From Glaucostegus cemiculus (lineage: Eukaryota), in NCBI GenBank assembly GCA_976551045.1, contig CDPCPM010000107.1:3162001-3226000 (forward strand): 64,000 nucleotides of DNA. Direction: 5' to 3'. Below, one piece after another: positions 50,975-63,504 of the stretch; the stretch's first letter is position 1; every line of letters begins with the position of its first letter. The translations under genes and the position numbers were made by a program. The notes under the pieces were generated by a model. It was not told the DNA's origin and searched no databases. It was given only the letters and a program-made list of their open reading frames with translations.

Positions 50975-51320
50975 CAGTGGGATAGTGCAGCTAGCAGAGC
51001 TGCTGCCTCCTAGCACCAGTGACCTGGATTCAATCCTGATCTCAGGTTCTGTCTGCATGGAGTTTTCATTTTCTCTGCACAACCATGCGGGTATCATCCA
51101 GATATTCAGGTTTCCTCTTACATCCCAAAGATGTGCAGGTTGGTGGGTCAATTGCCAAATCTAAACAGCCCTAAGTGTAGAGGTAAATGGTAGAATCTGA
51201 GAGGAGTCCATGTAAATGCAGAGAGAATAGGTTACAGGAAAGATGATTGGGAGAATGGGATTGCTCTGTGAGCTGGCATGGACTCAATGGGATGAATGAC
51301 CTTTTTCTATGTTGTAAGAA
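50975..51320 (+). mobile_element. Older tRNA-derived V-SINE with CR1-like tail
   Basis: TAGTGCAGCTAG (A box), GGATTCAATCCTGA (B box), GTCTGCATGGAGTTT...GGTTTCCTCTTACATCCCAAAGA (V-domain), and tail GACTCAATGGGATGAATGACCT..TTCTATGTTGTAA. Confidence 0.75.
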
Positions 51321-51469
51321 AACATGGAAAGTTGCACCAACTTTCCATTTGTCACATACAGTTTAACACTTTACACTCAAATTAAGCTTAATGCTGAATT
51401 TGGCTTGAGGCTCAGGCACTAATCAGTTTTGGCCACAAGTCAATTTTTAGCTGCAACAGTTCAAAAATG

Positions 51470-52340
51470 TGAAATCAGAATCTTTCGAAAAAGCTGTAAA
51501 CTATTGCTGAATGAACATAAATCATGATGTTTGCAGCATAATGTGGAATGCTTTCTGTGACTAACCAAGAAAAAAAAGACAAGCAGATGCCCACTGAGAT
51601 GAATAAGTAAGAAAAAAAATGGAAAACTACCTTGCCTGGCTTTCCATACTATTCTCTGAATTGTACCACTCATAACATTCAAACAAAGCTGAACAAAATC
51701 AATAGGCCAAGAACACAGTGACATGTGCTTGATCACAAACATTTGCATCTCATGACAATGCTTCTTCCAAGATGGCACACGTGATCACACCTTACTGAAC
51801 TCATCCCTATATTGCTCCTCCTTTTTTCTCTGTGGAGTGCTGCACTGCATTTCACTTTGGGATACATATCACTGTTGCCCATAAAATTCACTACCAGGTA
51901 TATGCACCTACTGACTTCAACATGTTTAAAGACTTGAGTCAGACCTACTCCAAGTCTACAACTCACCACTGTATCTAAATCCCAAGGCACAAACTTCATC
52001 TTCATGAACTATGAACATGTATATCATTCTTTCTGTTATTCTCTAGATCTAAATTTTTCTTTTTGTAATGTACAAATCAAAGAATATTATGGCCTCAGCA
52101 AAGTCTTATATAACACTGCTATTGTGGATTTACTTTTATATTGATCAATTATGACCATATAACCTGGAATGCTACTCTTTGACCACAGCTGCCTTACAAT
52201 GGCCACTCCCAAGCCTCTCTTCATCCCTGCCACCTTTAAATTGCATATAACCAAACTTTATGCCCTGGGTACAAAACAGACAGTATCTGCAATATAAGAT
52301 ATTTGGAAGTCTTTCATTTTGTTTTTAATTATTAAATCTG
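51470..52340 (+). mobile_element. Decayed L2-like LINE region
   Basis: Pyrimidine-rich degenerate sequence with fragments resembling L2 3' coding/UTR. The assignment is tentative. Confidence 0.35.
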
Positions 52341-54759
52341 CTAAGATCCATCTGTGATCTGCCTTCTTCTACAGCCCCGATTCTACCACACAGTTTCTTG
52401 TCACATGAATTAGTCTATGCCCTGCACCAAATGCTGTTAACTCCACTGGAATGTAGTATTTACGATACATTTCATCAATGGAATCTTTGGCCAATTTGCA
52501 CCATTTCTTACAATATCCCTCTTGATACCATGGAATGCAATTTCAGCACAGTTCCCTTTTAGTTGAAACCCAAAGAGTGGCATCAACAAGATCTCTCCAA
52601 TCTATTGCTTTAGCAACTTCAAAAAAATCTGGATTGTACATTATCCAAAGCTGTGCTGAGTTTTCAATATCAAGCACAAGCAGTCTAAAGTAATCTTCAG
52701 TAGCATCCATGCTTTACAATCATTTCCCAAAATAGAATGAATTTAGTCCTGGTGTTTTTATAACAGCTTTTATTTGATAGAACAACTTCTGCTTGAGCTG
52801 AGGAATATGTTTAAGCAGATAGGAAGGGGTATGAAGAACGTAAGCTCAAGGTTAGGGTTCCTCACACCCATGTGAGGAGTCATGTCATGCCCACATGAGT
52901 ACCTTAAGTCTTACTGGTGCTTCTCTCAAATTCAAAGTGTCTTGAAACTGCTTGATAATAATGTAGTCATTTTAAGAAAAAGAAATATCTATCACACAAG
53001 TTAAAAATCAAATCATGAAGTTTAATGTCTGCCTAAAATGCCAAAAAAATTATTGCTCTCAGATTCAGACTTGCTGGCAGGTTATCAATAACTCAAGCTT
53101 CTGAACATGAAAGTACAGAGGTATACATTATGCACATTCCAATATGCAGAGGAATGTGTGTGCCAGCAAGAAAACATCTTGACGTCTCCCTATAATTTTT
53201 TTTCTGAATTCCAGATTTGGATATAAAGAAAGGCAAATTATGCATAAATGTCACAGATAAAAATCATACAGGATGAAGTACATCTTCCAACAGCAGGTCA
53301 AACTAATTGGACAATCTTTGTTAAATATTTAAATATTTTCTGTCCAGATTCAAATTTCATGACATTAGGTATAAATGCTTTCAGTTAGGTTAATGTATTA
53401 TCAAATTAAAAATGCCAATGCTAAAAAAATGGTGCGACTACAAAATAAGGCAACTTATTCATTCAAACTGGAAGGAATTTATGCCTTTAGCTATGAATTT
53501 ATTTCAATGAACACATAAAAAGAATTCCCAAATCAATTTTAGGCTCCACTTTATGTACATAAAAATGTGCAAATCCTTCTATTACTGTTTTTTCACACTG
53601 AGGGAGCAGGTGATTTGCTACTCATCTTTTACCACTGATAAGCAGCAGGAGTTGAACAACAAGGACCACGTGGTAATGATTTATCCAATTTCTTCCTACC
53701 TTTCCCTGAAAGGGAAAATAGTACATTACATTTCTTCCAGTATTATGCAATTGAAAATTTACTCCCCACGCCTTCCCACCACCACACCCCCCGCTCCAAC
53801 CAATCCCACTCTGCTAAATGTGAAGTACAATAATGACCATTTCCAGGTCGATTCACGTATTCCACAAAATTTGATCAGACAATTCCCATGTCAGTTATTA
53901 CTGTGATCCTGGCATGATTTCCACATCAGAGACAAGGGGAAGACATCATTCTATGCTCCTTTGGCTCCCATTACGCGAGCAAATTACTTGCATTCAACCT
54001 TTGGGCACTTCTTCCACACTGAACTTATTCTGCCCAAATCTTCAGGCTTCTGCCCAACCCCACAAACCACCCCAATAAAAAGTGCCAGTCTGTCTAAGCC
54101 TTGTATTCCCCCATGTGGTTGCCTTCCCATTCCGTCCACTCCAGAAACCACATGCCAATCTTCTCACAATCCAGCCTCATTTCCAAACACCAACTTCTGG
54201 TCTTCTGATCCCAATTACTGTACCAAACCCCCAACTAAATATTGGGCTCCGATACTTCCCACATATCATGCCTGGCCATAAAACAATCTCAAGTGGGTCT
54301 GTGGCCAATGCCTACATGAACCTGGCCTCAGGAGCACCAAGAGTACCATGCAGCAAATTTTCAGTGAAGGTAACTCAAGTTTTCAGTAAACCAATAATGA
54401 CCAAAATGATTGCTGCCAGTTTGCTGCCATTTCATTCTAGTGCATCCCAATTTCTAGGTAATAGCATTTTCTATGTAGATAGGTTAACATTAAAAGTACA
54501 TTTCAAGTTAAGTAGATAAAATTTTATGATATTAATCAGTTGCAGGCCATCCCCACGTTACATACACCCCTACATACAAGTGAGTTCCCATAACATTAAA
54601 TTCAAAAGTCTGCGTATGTACATATGTTCATTCCTACAAACTGCAGGTATCTTTCTCTCTTTCTACCCCCCTACTTTTAGTAATTATTCTTTCTTATTAG
54701 TTTTATATGCTTTTGATGCCATTCATTACAATACTGTGGAGGTATGGTTACCAAAGAAT

Positions 54760-55200
54760 GAATTTTGTGCATTTTCCAACTTACGCACAAAATCGACTTA
54801 GGGACATCTGTAAATAATGGAACCCGTTCGTTCCCGGAGGTAGCCTGCAACCGGATTATCCAAAATGGATACAGATTGTGTGTTCTGGCTCTTCTGTGGG
54901 ACTGGCTGCAGAATTTAATGTTTTCCGATGGTTGTTGCCAAACACTGCACCTACTTTCCTACTATAATCGTTCAGACGCATAAGTATTGCCCCTGGGGAT
55001 TGAATCTCAAGCCTTTGCTTCAGGAACAAAGGGAGATGCATTCCCTGATGGACCTTGCTCTCTGATGGCAGTACATAGTAAATGCCGTTCAGCAGACTGT
55101 GACAGCATGTGGCTGCACTTGTGTCTGTTGTGGGACCTGTAACTGGAATTTGCTAATGCTATTTCTTTCACAGCAGCTTTATTCTAATTCATATCTTTGT
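54760..55200. promoter_or_regulatory. Candidate conserved non-coding element
   Basis: Local CpG excess, CATCTG E-box next to TGTAAATA (forkhead), and TGACAG and CACTTG (NKX2-type) motifs; no repeat similarity recognised. Confidence 0.4.
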
Positions 55201-56479
55201 GTATGGCTGAAGAGAGGGTCACAACATGAAAGTTCAAAAGTGAAGTCTAATTAGATGAGATTGAACAAAAGTAGCAACATTGATTCCATCTTAACTTTTA
55301 TATAAAAAGGTGTTATCTCAAACAAGCTAAAATGAACTTTTCTGAAAAACAAACTTAATGGTAACAGTCTCACTGGTATACTAATCATACTGTAAGTCAA
55401 ATGACATGCTACTTCTAAACCTTTCTAAATACAGCCTGTGTTAATTGAAAGATCATATTGTAAGCTATAACAATAAAATATGTCAAAGAACAATTCCAGA
55501 TGAAAAATGAAACTCCTTCAATTACAAGTGAGCTAGAACATATTTTGTGTAGGATGTTCCAGTAAATGCTTTAGATTTCTATTTTACTACTTTAATTTCT
55601 TTGTCTTTTGTTGTTTTTACAGCACATTTCTACTTCCACAGAACCTTGAAAAAGCAGATGAATTCAATATAACCATTCAATCTAGTACGAATATTTCAAG
55701 AACTATTGATGGATTAATGTTTCTCCCCATTCTAGGATACAAGGAGCAATTCTTTTATATTGCAGCTCATCAATGGTAGAATCATTCTATTACTGATTCT
55801 ACTGCCAATGTTATAAACTTGGCACAGCAGATTTTTAAAGTTTCTTTTATGCCATAATTGTGGTAAATTACAGAAGGTTGAAAATGTAACAGAGACATCT
55901 GCACTGGATGCAAAATTTAAACTGGAAAAGATATTGCACAAGTAAACAGGTGATTTAGTGGCACTCTGGCAGTGTACAGCCCATAAAAATATATTATTTT
56001 TGAAAGGCCAACACATGCACATATAGACATAAAGCTGCCAATCAACTTCAAGTGATTAAAAAGAAAAGACAATTATCTCAGTTCTATGCAAATCATTAAA
56101 AATAAATGTCACTATGATTATCTAGAATGTGGAGTTATACCTTATTCAGAGTAGTATAAAAGGGGAAATAAAGAACATTACAATTTCTGCACAGAAAGTC
56201 CTATCTTCTTGATACTGTTGTGATGCTAATTATTGAAATGGATTAGTTGGGAGATGTTGTCAATAATGTTCATTGTACATGAAGACTTGTGTTTCCCTCC
56301 CCCCCCCATAAGACAACTATTTTTATTGCCAGGAAGAGAATCAAAGTTCAAACTTGTACACAGACATATTCAAATGGTACATCAAATAACAAGTTATTTC
56401 TTTTACAAGAAGATTATATTTAATACAACTTAGTAAAATATTACATTGATTTAGCCACTGCAAATCTAAATGTGCATTC

Positions 56480-56930
56480 TCCGCTCAATTCCTTTTTACA
56501 AATGAATCCTTCTGGTGTTAGCCTCGACAATAAACAGAAAACAGATCGCTTTGCCCATAATTTTAACAGTGGTAGACTTTTTGCCCAAATGACTGCAATG
56601 CATACTCTAGGCTAAACAAAGAGCAGTGAACATTTAAGTTGCTGTGGTAACACATCCTTCGATATTGTCCTTCACTCAGCTGTAGTATTCATTGTAGGCT
56701 TTGTGTCTTATCAGATTTCTTCTGCAACCTGCTGGCTGCAGAGTCTAACCTTTTTTCTTCTACCTCTCTCCAATTGAGATGCAAATTAATCTCCTCTGTT
56801 GATTAAATTCTCCTTAATCTAACTGTCAAGTGCAGATGTAATCAGAGTTTACAGTTCTTGCAATAAGAACTGTCACAACGAGGGAGTGTTTTTTGTTTGC
56901 AGATGAATTATGAAAAGGGCAAGATAGGCA
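56480..56930. promoter_or_regulatory. Candidate conserved non-coding element about 1 kb from the U12 donor
   Basis: Contains ATGCAAATTAAT (octamer plus homeodomain), TGTCAAGTG (TALE plus NKX2), CAGATG twice, TAAACA forkhead sites and CTTATC. Confidence 0.45.
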
Positions 56931-57651
56931 TTTTCCTCAACTTTACAGTATCTACAGCTTATGTAACATGCAAAAAATTGTCCTATAAATATAGTGTACA
57001 GGTATTATTTAATTTGCTGAGCTAAAGTTCTTAATTTGGAATTTTAATAGGCAGAATGAGCATAAATTATTGCTTCTTCATACTCTGCACTGAAAACACA
57101 CTAAATAAAGTAGCCAGCGGGATGTTCAAGAAAAACTGTGCAGCAATGCAACAGTGCTTCATAGTACCAACATGTAAAATTACCTTTATCTTTTAACAAA
57201 GGCAGTTCACTAACTCCCATTCATTAACAAGGAAATGAAATTCATTGAAACTCAGGAGAACACAATGAAAGTTGACCTCAACAAAATAATGCAAACTTCG
57301 GCCATTTCTTCCACTACGAATACCACCTCAGGATGATTTCCCATTCAAATCAGCAAACAGAGCTAACAAATGCAAACTTTACAATACCAAACACAAGCTC
57401 CTCTTATATTTGTCCCCTTCTTAGAGCCATCATGGGATGCAAGGTATTGTTGCTAAGCTATACGTTTCTGAATATGCCATACTTAACATGAGAATTAAAT
57501 CCAAAATCTATTCAAGTCCCAACAGAACAGTTCACATATAATGAACGAATATTGACAGGAACATGACATTACTCAACCAATAAGTTTACAGAAATCAAAA
57601 CAAACCTTAACGAAGTCCACACCACATTGTATTAGAAGAAAAAAAGGATAC

Positions 57652-57779
57652 AAGCTCTGGTAGAGGGGTATGAGACATTTCACAGCTCGACTAGCATTGA
57701 TGCCTGTGGCACGGACGAGACTTGGCAGAAGTTTTTCATTTACAATGGCTCCATCAAAGAGGGGACCAAAAAATGGGAC
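57652..57779 (-). CDS. RALGAPA2: RALGAPA2 internal coding exon (128 bp), C-terminal end of the Rap/Ral-GAP domain
   Basis: Translates [42 protein letters not shown] plus 2 nt (TT). This matches the RalGAP alpha C-terminus, and [18 protein letters not shown] is the alpha-2 rather than alpha-1 pattern as I recall it. Acceptor TTTCAG|GTC at 57780/57779; donor TT|GTATCCTTT at 57652/57651. Confidence 0.95.
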
Positions 57780-58559
57780 CTGAAACATATCAAGAACATT
57801 TATGGTTAAGGGCTTCCATGTAGTTCTTAACTGGATGCAGAACATATAGTTTTTAAATACGTGTTATGCGCGCCCACATATAAACACATAACTGCACAAC
57901 AATTAACCCTCATTCATTTTATATAAAATCTTTCATATAGGTCATACTATTATACAATTAATAAACTTTGAAAAGACAAATATTACTTAACAGCTAAGCA
58001 TTATCTTCGGCAATGATGCCTCATCGCTCACTTTAAGGATGAATGCTTCCACAGATTTAGGACTATTTCTGGAACCACAAAATTGCCAGAAGGTACAAGC
58101 ATTTTCTCATAGGTCAGCTGCCTGTTAGCAGGAATTCTTAAAAAGGCTTTAATATTAACCCAGTCCCTGATCCAAAATGTGCTAATGTGACATTAATGTT
58201 CTCCGGATGCCACTACTTTTATGGAGGCAAGTTTCACAGTGCTGAATACCTTTTAATTACATTTAAATTGTCTCCCTTTCACTGCTGGAAGCCCAAGAGC
58301 TGCCAGCTTCAGAAATTGCTTCCATTCCCAGCACTCTTAGCAAGACAAGAGCAGGGCTCCTTTCCACCCATCCCTCAATGAAGCTCTTAGCTTCACACCT
58401 GCAAATCACAGCCTCCCTGCACCTCCCTCCCAACTGCCAACTTACGCAGACCACAATCTCTTTTCACTATCGGGAATACAAGAAACATCACAGAAATAAT
58501 CTAAACAGGGAATCGTAAGGAAAGGAAGAACGCAGAAAAACTGATTTCACTAGTGAGTG

Positions 58560-59590
58560 GTACTGTGAAAACAGTTGGATTTGCAAGTTGACAAACCTCT
58601 GGGCCCTGAAGGACTTCATCTTAAGGTCTTATAAGTAGCTGGTGGGACAGTTGACACACTTAAATTTCCAAAAATCTCTCTATTTCTGAAAGGTTTAACT
58701 GGATTGAAAACTAATAAATCCAACTCCTTTATCAAATAAGACATGGAAACAGAAAGAAAGTCTGTTAGTTTAATATCTGTCATTGGGAAAAGGTTAGAAA
58801 TTATTATCAAGGATGTTATGGCAAGGTTCTTAAAAGAAATCAAAATAATCAGGGAAAGTCAAACATGGTTTTGGGAAAGAAAAATCTGAAGTGGAATTAT
58901 ACCAGATTTACAGAAGGTATTTAATAAGGTGTCATGTCAAAAGTTATCACAGGGACAACGAAAGCTCATTGTGCAGGAGGTAACATATTGGCATGGAAAG
59001 ATTAGCTGACTTGCCATAAGTAGGTCTATTTCTGGTTGACAAGATGTATCAATGGATTGGAGCTGGTTTCAACATTTTAAAATTTAAGTAACTTGAAGGT
59101 ACTGAAAATATGGTTACTAAATTTGCTGATGTCACAAAGATAGGTAGGAAAGAAAGTTGTGAAGATAGATATATGAAGTTCCTAAGGGACAGTTTAAATG
59201 AGTGAGTGAAAATCTGGAGAAAAATGTGAAATTATTTATTTTGACCGGGAACATAAAAGAATCAGAGTATCTGGATGGTGAAAAATTAGAGAATTCTGAG
59301 AATGCAGAGGGATCTGGGAGTCTATGCAGGTAAAGCAAGTAATTAGGAAAGATAACAAAATGTTATCTTGCATCGTTATGAGAATTGTTCTAGTTGCAAG
59401 ACTTGGAACTCTTTCACAAAGGACAATGGAGTCTTTGAATATTCTTTAAGGCAGAGATAAATAGGTACTCGATAAAAAGGGTTATCAAAGATACACAGGA
59501 GTGCAGAATTGAGGTCACATTCAGATTAGCCAATATGTTATGAGCAGACTTGAATGTAAGCGGCCCACTCACGCTCCTGATACATATGCA
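58560..59590 (+). mobile_element. Old CR1 LINE remnant
   Basis: Plus-strand pieces read SLISVIGKRLEIIIKD, KFADVT (decayed KFADDT) and QRDLGV, in the order expected for CR1 ORF2. Confidence 0.75.
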
Positions 59591-60049
59591 TTTCCAACAC
59601 CCTGCCTGCTTTAGCAACATCCAATTCCCTTGATCCAGCATCACAATATCTGAGCCTTTTTACTCAACCAAAGTGATGCCAAACCCCATACCGTTAATGA
59701 TGCTCCCTCTCCCAACCACACAAACCACATTTTGATTTTCCACTCACCTTTGTTCCTTATCTAAACCTCCCCCCATCCTACGAAAGGTATCCAAGCACTG
59801 ATCCCAGACCCTCAATCCCTCAATTGCAGGGCACCAAGATTTGTCTACGGGAAAAGAAGACCCATGTTCAGGTTTGACAATCTTTTCCTTGCTGTGTTCT
59901 TCACTCTTTTTGGTCTCCTTGTGCATTTTTATCAAAATCTGACATGTAAAGAGATAGGAAGACTGCTGACCAAAAGCTTGATCAAACAGCTATTTCTTAA
60001 GTGTCAAAGGATTCAAGAAAAGCTCGGTGAAGCAAGCTAAAGCAAGAGC

Positions 60050-60590
60050 AGGTCAGAGGCTGGTATCCTTGCAGGAAGTGAATTCTTTGCAGCATCCTAT
60101 CCAGAGAATGATGGACCATGCCCCACCTACGTGGATGACTGCAGCTCTAATGACAACCAAGAAGTTCACTATCATCAGGATAAAAGAGCTTGCTTGAATG
60201 CTGCACCATGTACCACCCCTAACATTAGTTCCGTCCACCAACATTACACTGTGGCTTCAGAATCTGCCATCTACAAAATGCATTGCAGTTACTTGCCAAG
60301 ACTCTTTGATTGCACTTCCTAAACTCATGATTTTTACCACCAAGAAGGATAAAGGCAACTGGCACATGGGAACACCACTTTCCGATCCTTCACTAAGTCG
60401 CACACCATCCTGAAAAGGAATTACATTGCTGGTTTTTCTTTCTCTCTGTCGAAATCTTGCAATTCACAACCCAGCAGTGCTGTAACAAATCGCTCACCAG
60501 AGGCTTACAGCAGTTCAAGGAAGCAGCTCACCATCAAGGGCAATAAATTCTGGCCACCAATGTCTGCATTCCATAAAACGAATAATAAAC
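60050..60590 (+). mobile_element. L2/CR1-group LINE 3' end
   Basis: QDKRACL..PCTTPNISSVHQHYTVASESAIYKMHCSYLPRL resembles QDKAARLI..PSTT.NIHSLHHR.TVAAVCTIYKMHC. The end has GGGCAATAAAT..TGGCC. Confidence 0.7.
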
Positions 60591-62389
60591 TGATGCAAGC
60601 TCTTTCTTTTAACATTATTCAATTGTTTACTGGTCCCTGAACAAATTCCACCTACAATGAATGTTTTGTAGTAAAATGATAAGATACTCTCAGAAGTCCT
60701 GCATAGACTAACTATGCTTCTGGGTAACAGTCGCACAGATTTCTGAAACCTTATGAAATGTTATTCACCACCTAGCAGAGTTGTGTAGCATAGCCTTGGC
60801 TTGACCCCATAAGGAGCAGAACTCCATAGTCAAGCCAAACCAGTTTTAGAAGGTACTAGTTCAGCTTTACTAAGCACTTTTTAAACAGAGTTCCTTGGAG
60901 AGAGACCACATTATCCCCCCTGTACTCTCAGCATATTAAGTAGTTTAACAGCTGGGGAGGGGACTCTGCAAATCTGTAAATTCTGTATTGGCTAGGAGAA
61001 TTCTAATCTGATCTAGGCAATACAAATGACTCCATGATGGTCCAATACTCTCCTTGATTTTCCACAATTACTGCTTAATTACAGCACAAGAAACCTGCGC
61101 TATTTTAACTGAATGTTTTCTGGAGGGTAAGCAGCAATGCAGTGGTGGCACAATCATGGAAAACAAGATTAAAACTAATATAGTGGACAATGACAGAAGC
61201 GCCTATGTTACTGGGAACATTTGTTGCACTGAATTGATTTAAAGGTACATATCTTCCAACATGCATCTCTGACTTTAGGATCCAACTCGTGCCATTGGAT
61301 CACAGTGAAGTGAGAGAAAAATGTAGTATTTTACAAGAAACAGCAACTCCTGCCACAGTTGCTTTGTTTGGCATGGCATCTGCAAAACTCCAGGGGGAAA
61401 AAAAAAGTCTATATAATGCAAGGAGTCTACTGACAATTATCAGTATTTCAAACCACAATTTTTTCCATCTGGACATGGACTTATTGAACAAATAAATGCC
61501 ACTTATTATTCTCCTGTCATGCAATTACTACCGGATGACTGAGACAGTCATTGAATAAGCAGACAAAAGGAATAAAAAAAAACCTCTTGCGCTCAGGGAA
61601 TTCCTCTAATTAGAGTTGGCAGCAAATTTCAATAGGAATTTCATTTTATTTAACATCTGCATCTGACAGCTGTCTTTCCAAGTAATTCTCATCAATATAA
61701 TTCAGGTTGAATATCTTGACTGGAACTAGCAAATTCTGATCAAATTAAAAAGTGTGTCTAAAATGCACATTGTAACTTCCTTTCATGCAGCTTCACAGTT
61801 GCCTTCCAACAAGTTCATAACAATAGTTGTAAGAGGGTCTCTGAGGTTTCAGCTTATACTCAGACTCCCTTATGAATACCATACAGTGGAACATCAACTA
61901 AATTGCTGCACAGCAAAAGAGAGTTCAGGGGCAGTTCTTTCCAGTTGATATCACAGAATCTAAGGTCACATTTTGAATGGAACAAAACAAAATCTGTGCA
62001 CGCATCTATTCCCACTTCTTATACAAGAGGCCGCATGCTCTTTTTTTTTGCTGTGAATAGATTTGAGCCCAGGTCTTTTATACCACACAATGAGAATCCT
62101 TCTTGTCAATTATATACAGCAGTATTTGCTCCTGATCTTTGGGGAATTTGTGACACATCATCATTTTAATAAATGCATTCCAGTTATAAATGGCAAAATA
62201 ATCTGATGACAATTAAAATTCACTGAATAATATAAATAGTTAACAAATGATATTTTGTGGGTTGAGGGAGAAAAAAAACCATCTTTAATACAGAATAAGG
62301 TACATACCAATTTTATTTTCAAGGATGCAGGTTCTCCACCAACTTCCCCCTACCCCCACCCCCACCCCCCAATGGACTTATCTGGGCAT

Positions 62390-62900
62390 CAACTTAGAGT
62401 TAATCCATTATGATCTTATTTTTGTACGAGGTACCAGCGAAGGACATGTGCCTTGCTTATATCTTATGTAAAAGGGTTTTGTGCGTACAAATTCTGTACT
62501 ATAATTATTTTAGGTAGAAGTCTGATAATATTGACCAAATGGGGTCTGAGTAAGCTTAAACTTGATACCAAATGGCTGAGCATTAATTACACTTCACTAA
62601 CTGCAAACTAAATGGCATTGTGTCCAGGGGAACCCGTAGTATGTCCCTAGTGGCATTTGCAGTGAACTAAGCTTGTACAACGTTCTTGGTCCCATTCTGT
62701 AAGCAGCTTTTGCAGTTATTGTTTTCAGTATCCTCCATACATCTGTGACGCGTGTTGTATTGGCAGACTTTCTATTCTTCTTGAAAAAGGTTTTGTTTGA
62801 GGAAGGATTGTGTTGCAGTTCATGATAATTGCATCACTTAATTAATGAAGACAAAAAAATGTGCAAATCAATGCATGGTTGCCAAGCACTGAATAAAGAC
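62390..62900. promoter_or_regulatory. Candidate conserved non-coding element in the upstream intron
   Basis: Repeat-free with retained CpGs and ATTAATTA, TTAATTAA, CATCTG and AAATCAAT motifs. Confidence 0.35.
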
Positions 62901-63504
62901 AAGAAAGGCAGACATTAGTAACAAAAGTAAAAGCTATTTTATCAGATAACTTATCTGATGTTAATATGCTTAATTTTAAAAAGACATTTCACTTTAACAT
63001 TTGTCCATGCATATCTCATATGTCAACAGACATCAGTTAAACAAATAAGCAGCATGTTTGAAACTCTGTCCACAGCTATGCCTGTTTCCATGGATTCTGT
63101 AACCTGATAAAGGAAACCATTTGGTTAAGAAACACAATTAAATGATGGAGTCCACAAGAAAGACAATATGTACAATTCTTTCTCAATATGTACTATTCTT
63201 AACCATTCTCTTCCTTTCATCTTAATGTAAACCTGGGACCAAATCTTTTAACACTGAAGGATAAATGCAATAAATGCATGTGGAAGCTCAGTACAGAGCA
63301 ACATTTTCTATGTTTTGCTTTGGTGTACAAAAAGTTCAACTCATGGCTAGTCTGTTCATCCTCTTGATCTGAATAAACCATTACAGAACAATTTTTTTTG
63401 GAAAATAAGGTCTGACATTATGACATTAAACTCATTACATATTAGAGTACTGAAAACTTACCTAGTTCAGCCAACTGACAGAAAATGCATATTTTCAAAA
63501 AAGG

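Larger units (their letters stand above)
754..57651 (-). other. RALGAPA2: U12-type (minor spliceosome) GT-AG intron of RALGAPA2, 56,898 bp
   Basis: The 5' splice site GTATCCTTT is the U12 consensus. The 3' end reads TTTCTTTAAC-CAATTACACAG: a U12-like branch site (765-774) about 12 nt from the AG, with no polypyrimidine tract. Confidence 0.9.

Noticed and set aside
632-57779. RALGAPA1 (GARNL1) as the gene identity
   Set aside because: Residues [18 protein letters not shown] and PSPSYSLS fit the alpha-2 paralogue as I recall it, rather than alpha-1 (VLPIMV, RALKSLIPLYQN, PAPYHH).
62590-62670. miRNA-like hairpin (TTCAC..TGCAAA / TTTGCA.GTGAA)
   Set aside because: The arms are very unequal with large bulges, so it is not a pre-miRNA-like stem.
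63455-63500. Minus-strand AG|GTAAGT donor as the preceding RALGAPA2 exon
   Set aside because: The adjacent sequence does not translate to RalGAP-like sequence, and in phase 0 it ends in a TAG stop. The true upstream exon is probably beyond the window.
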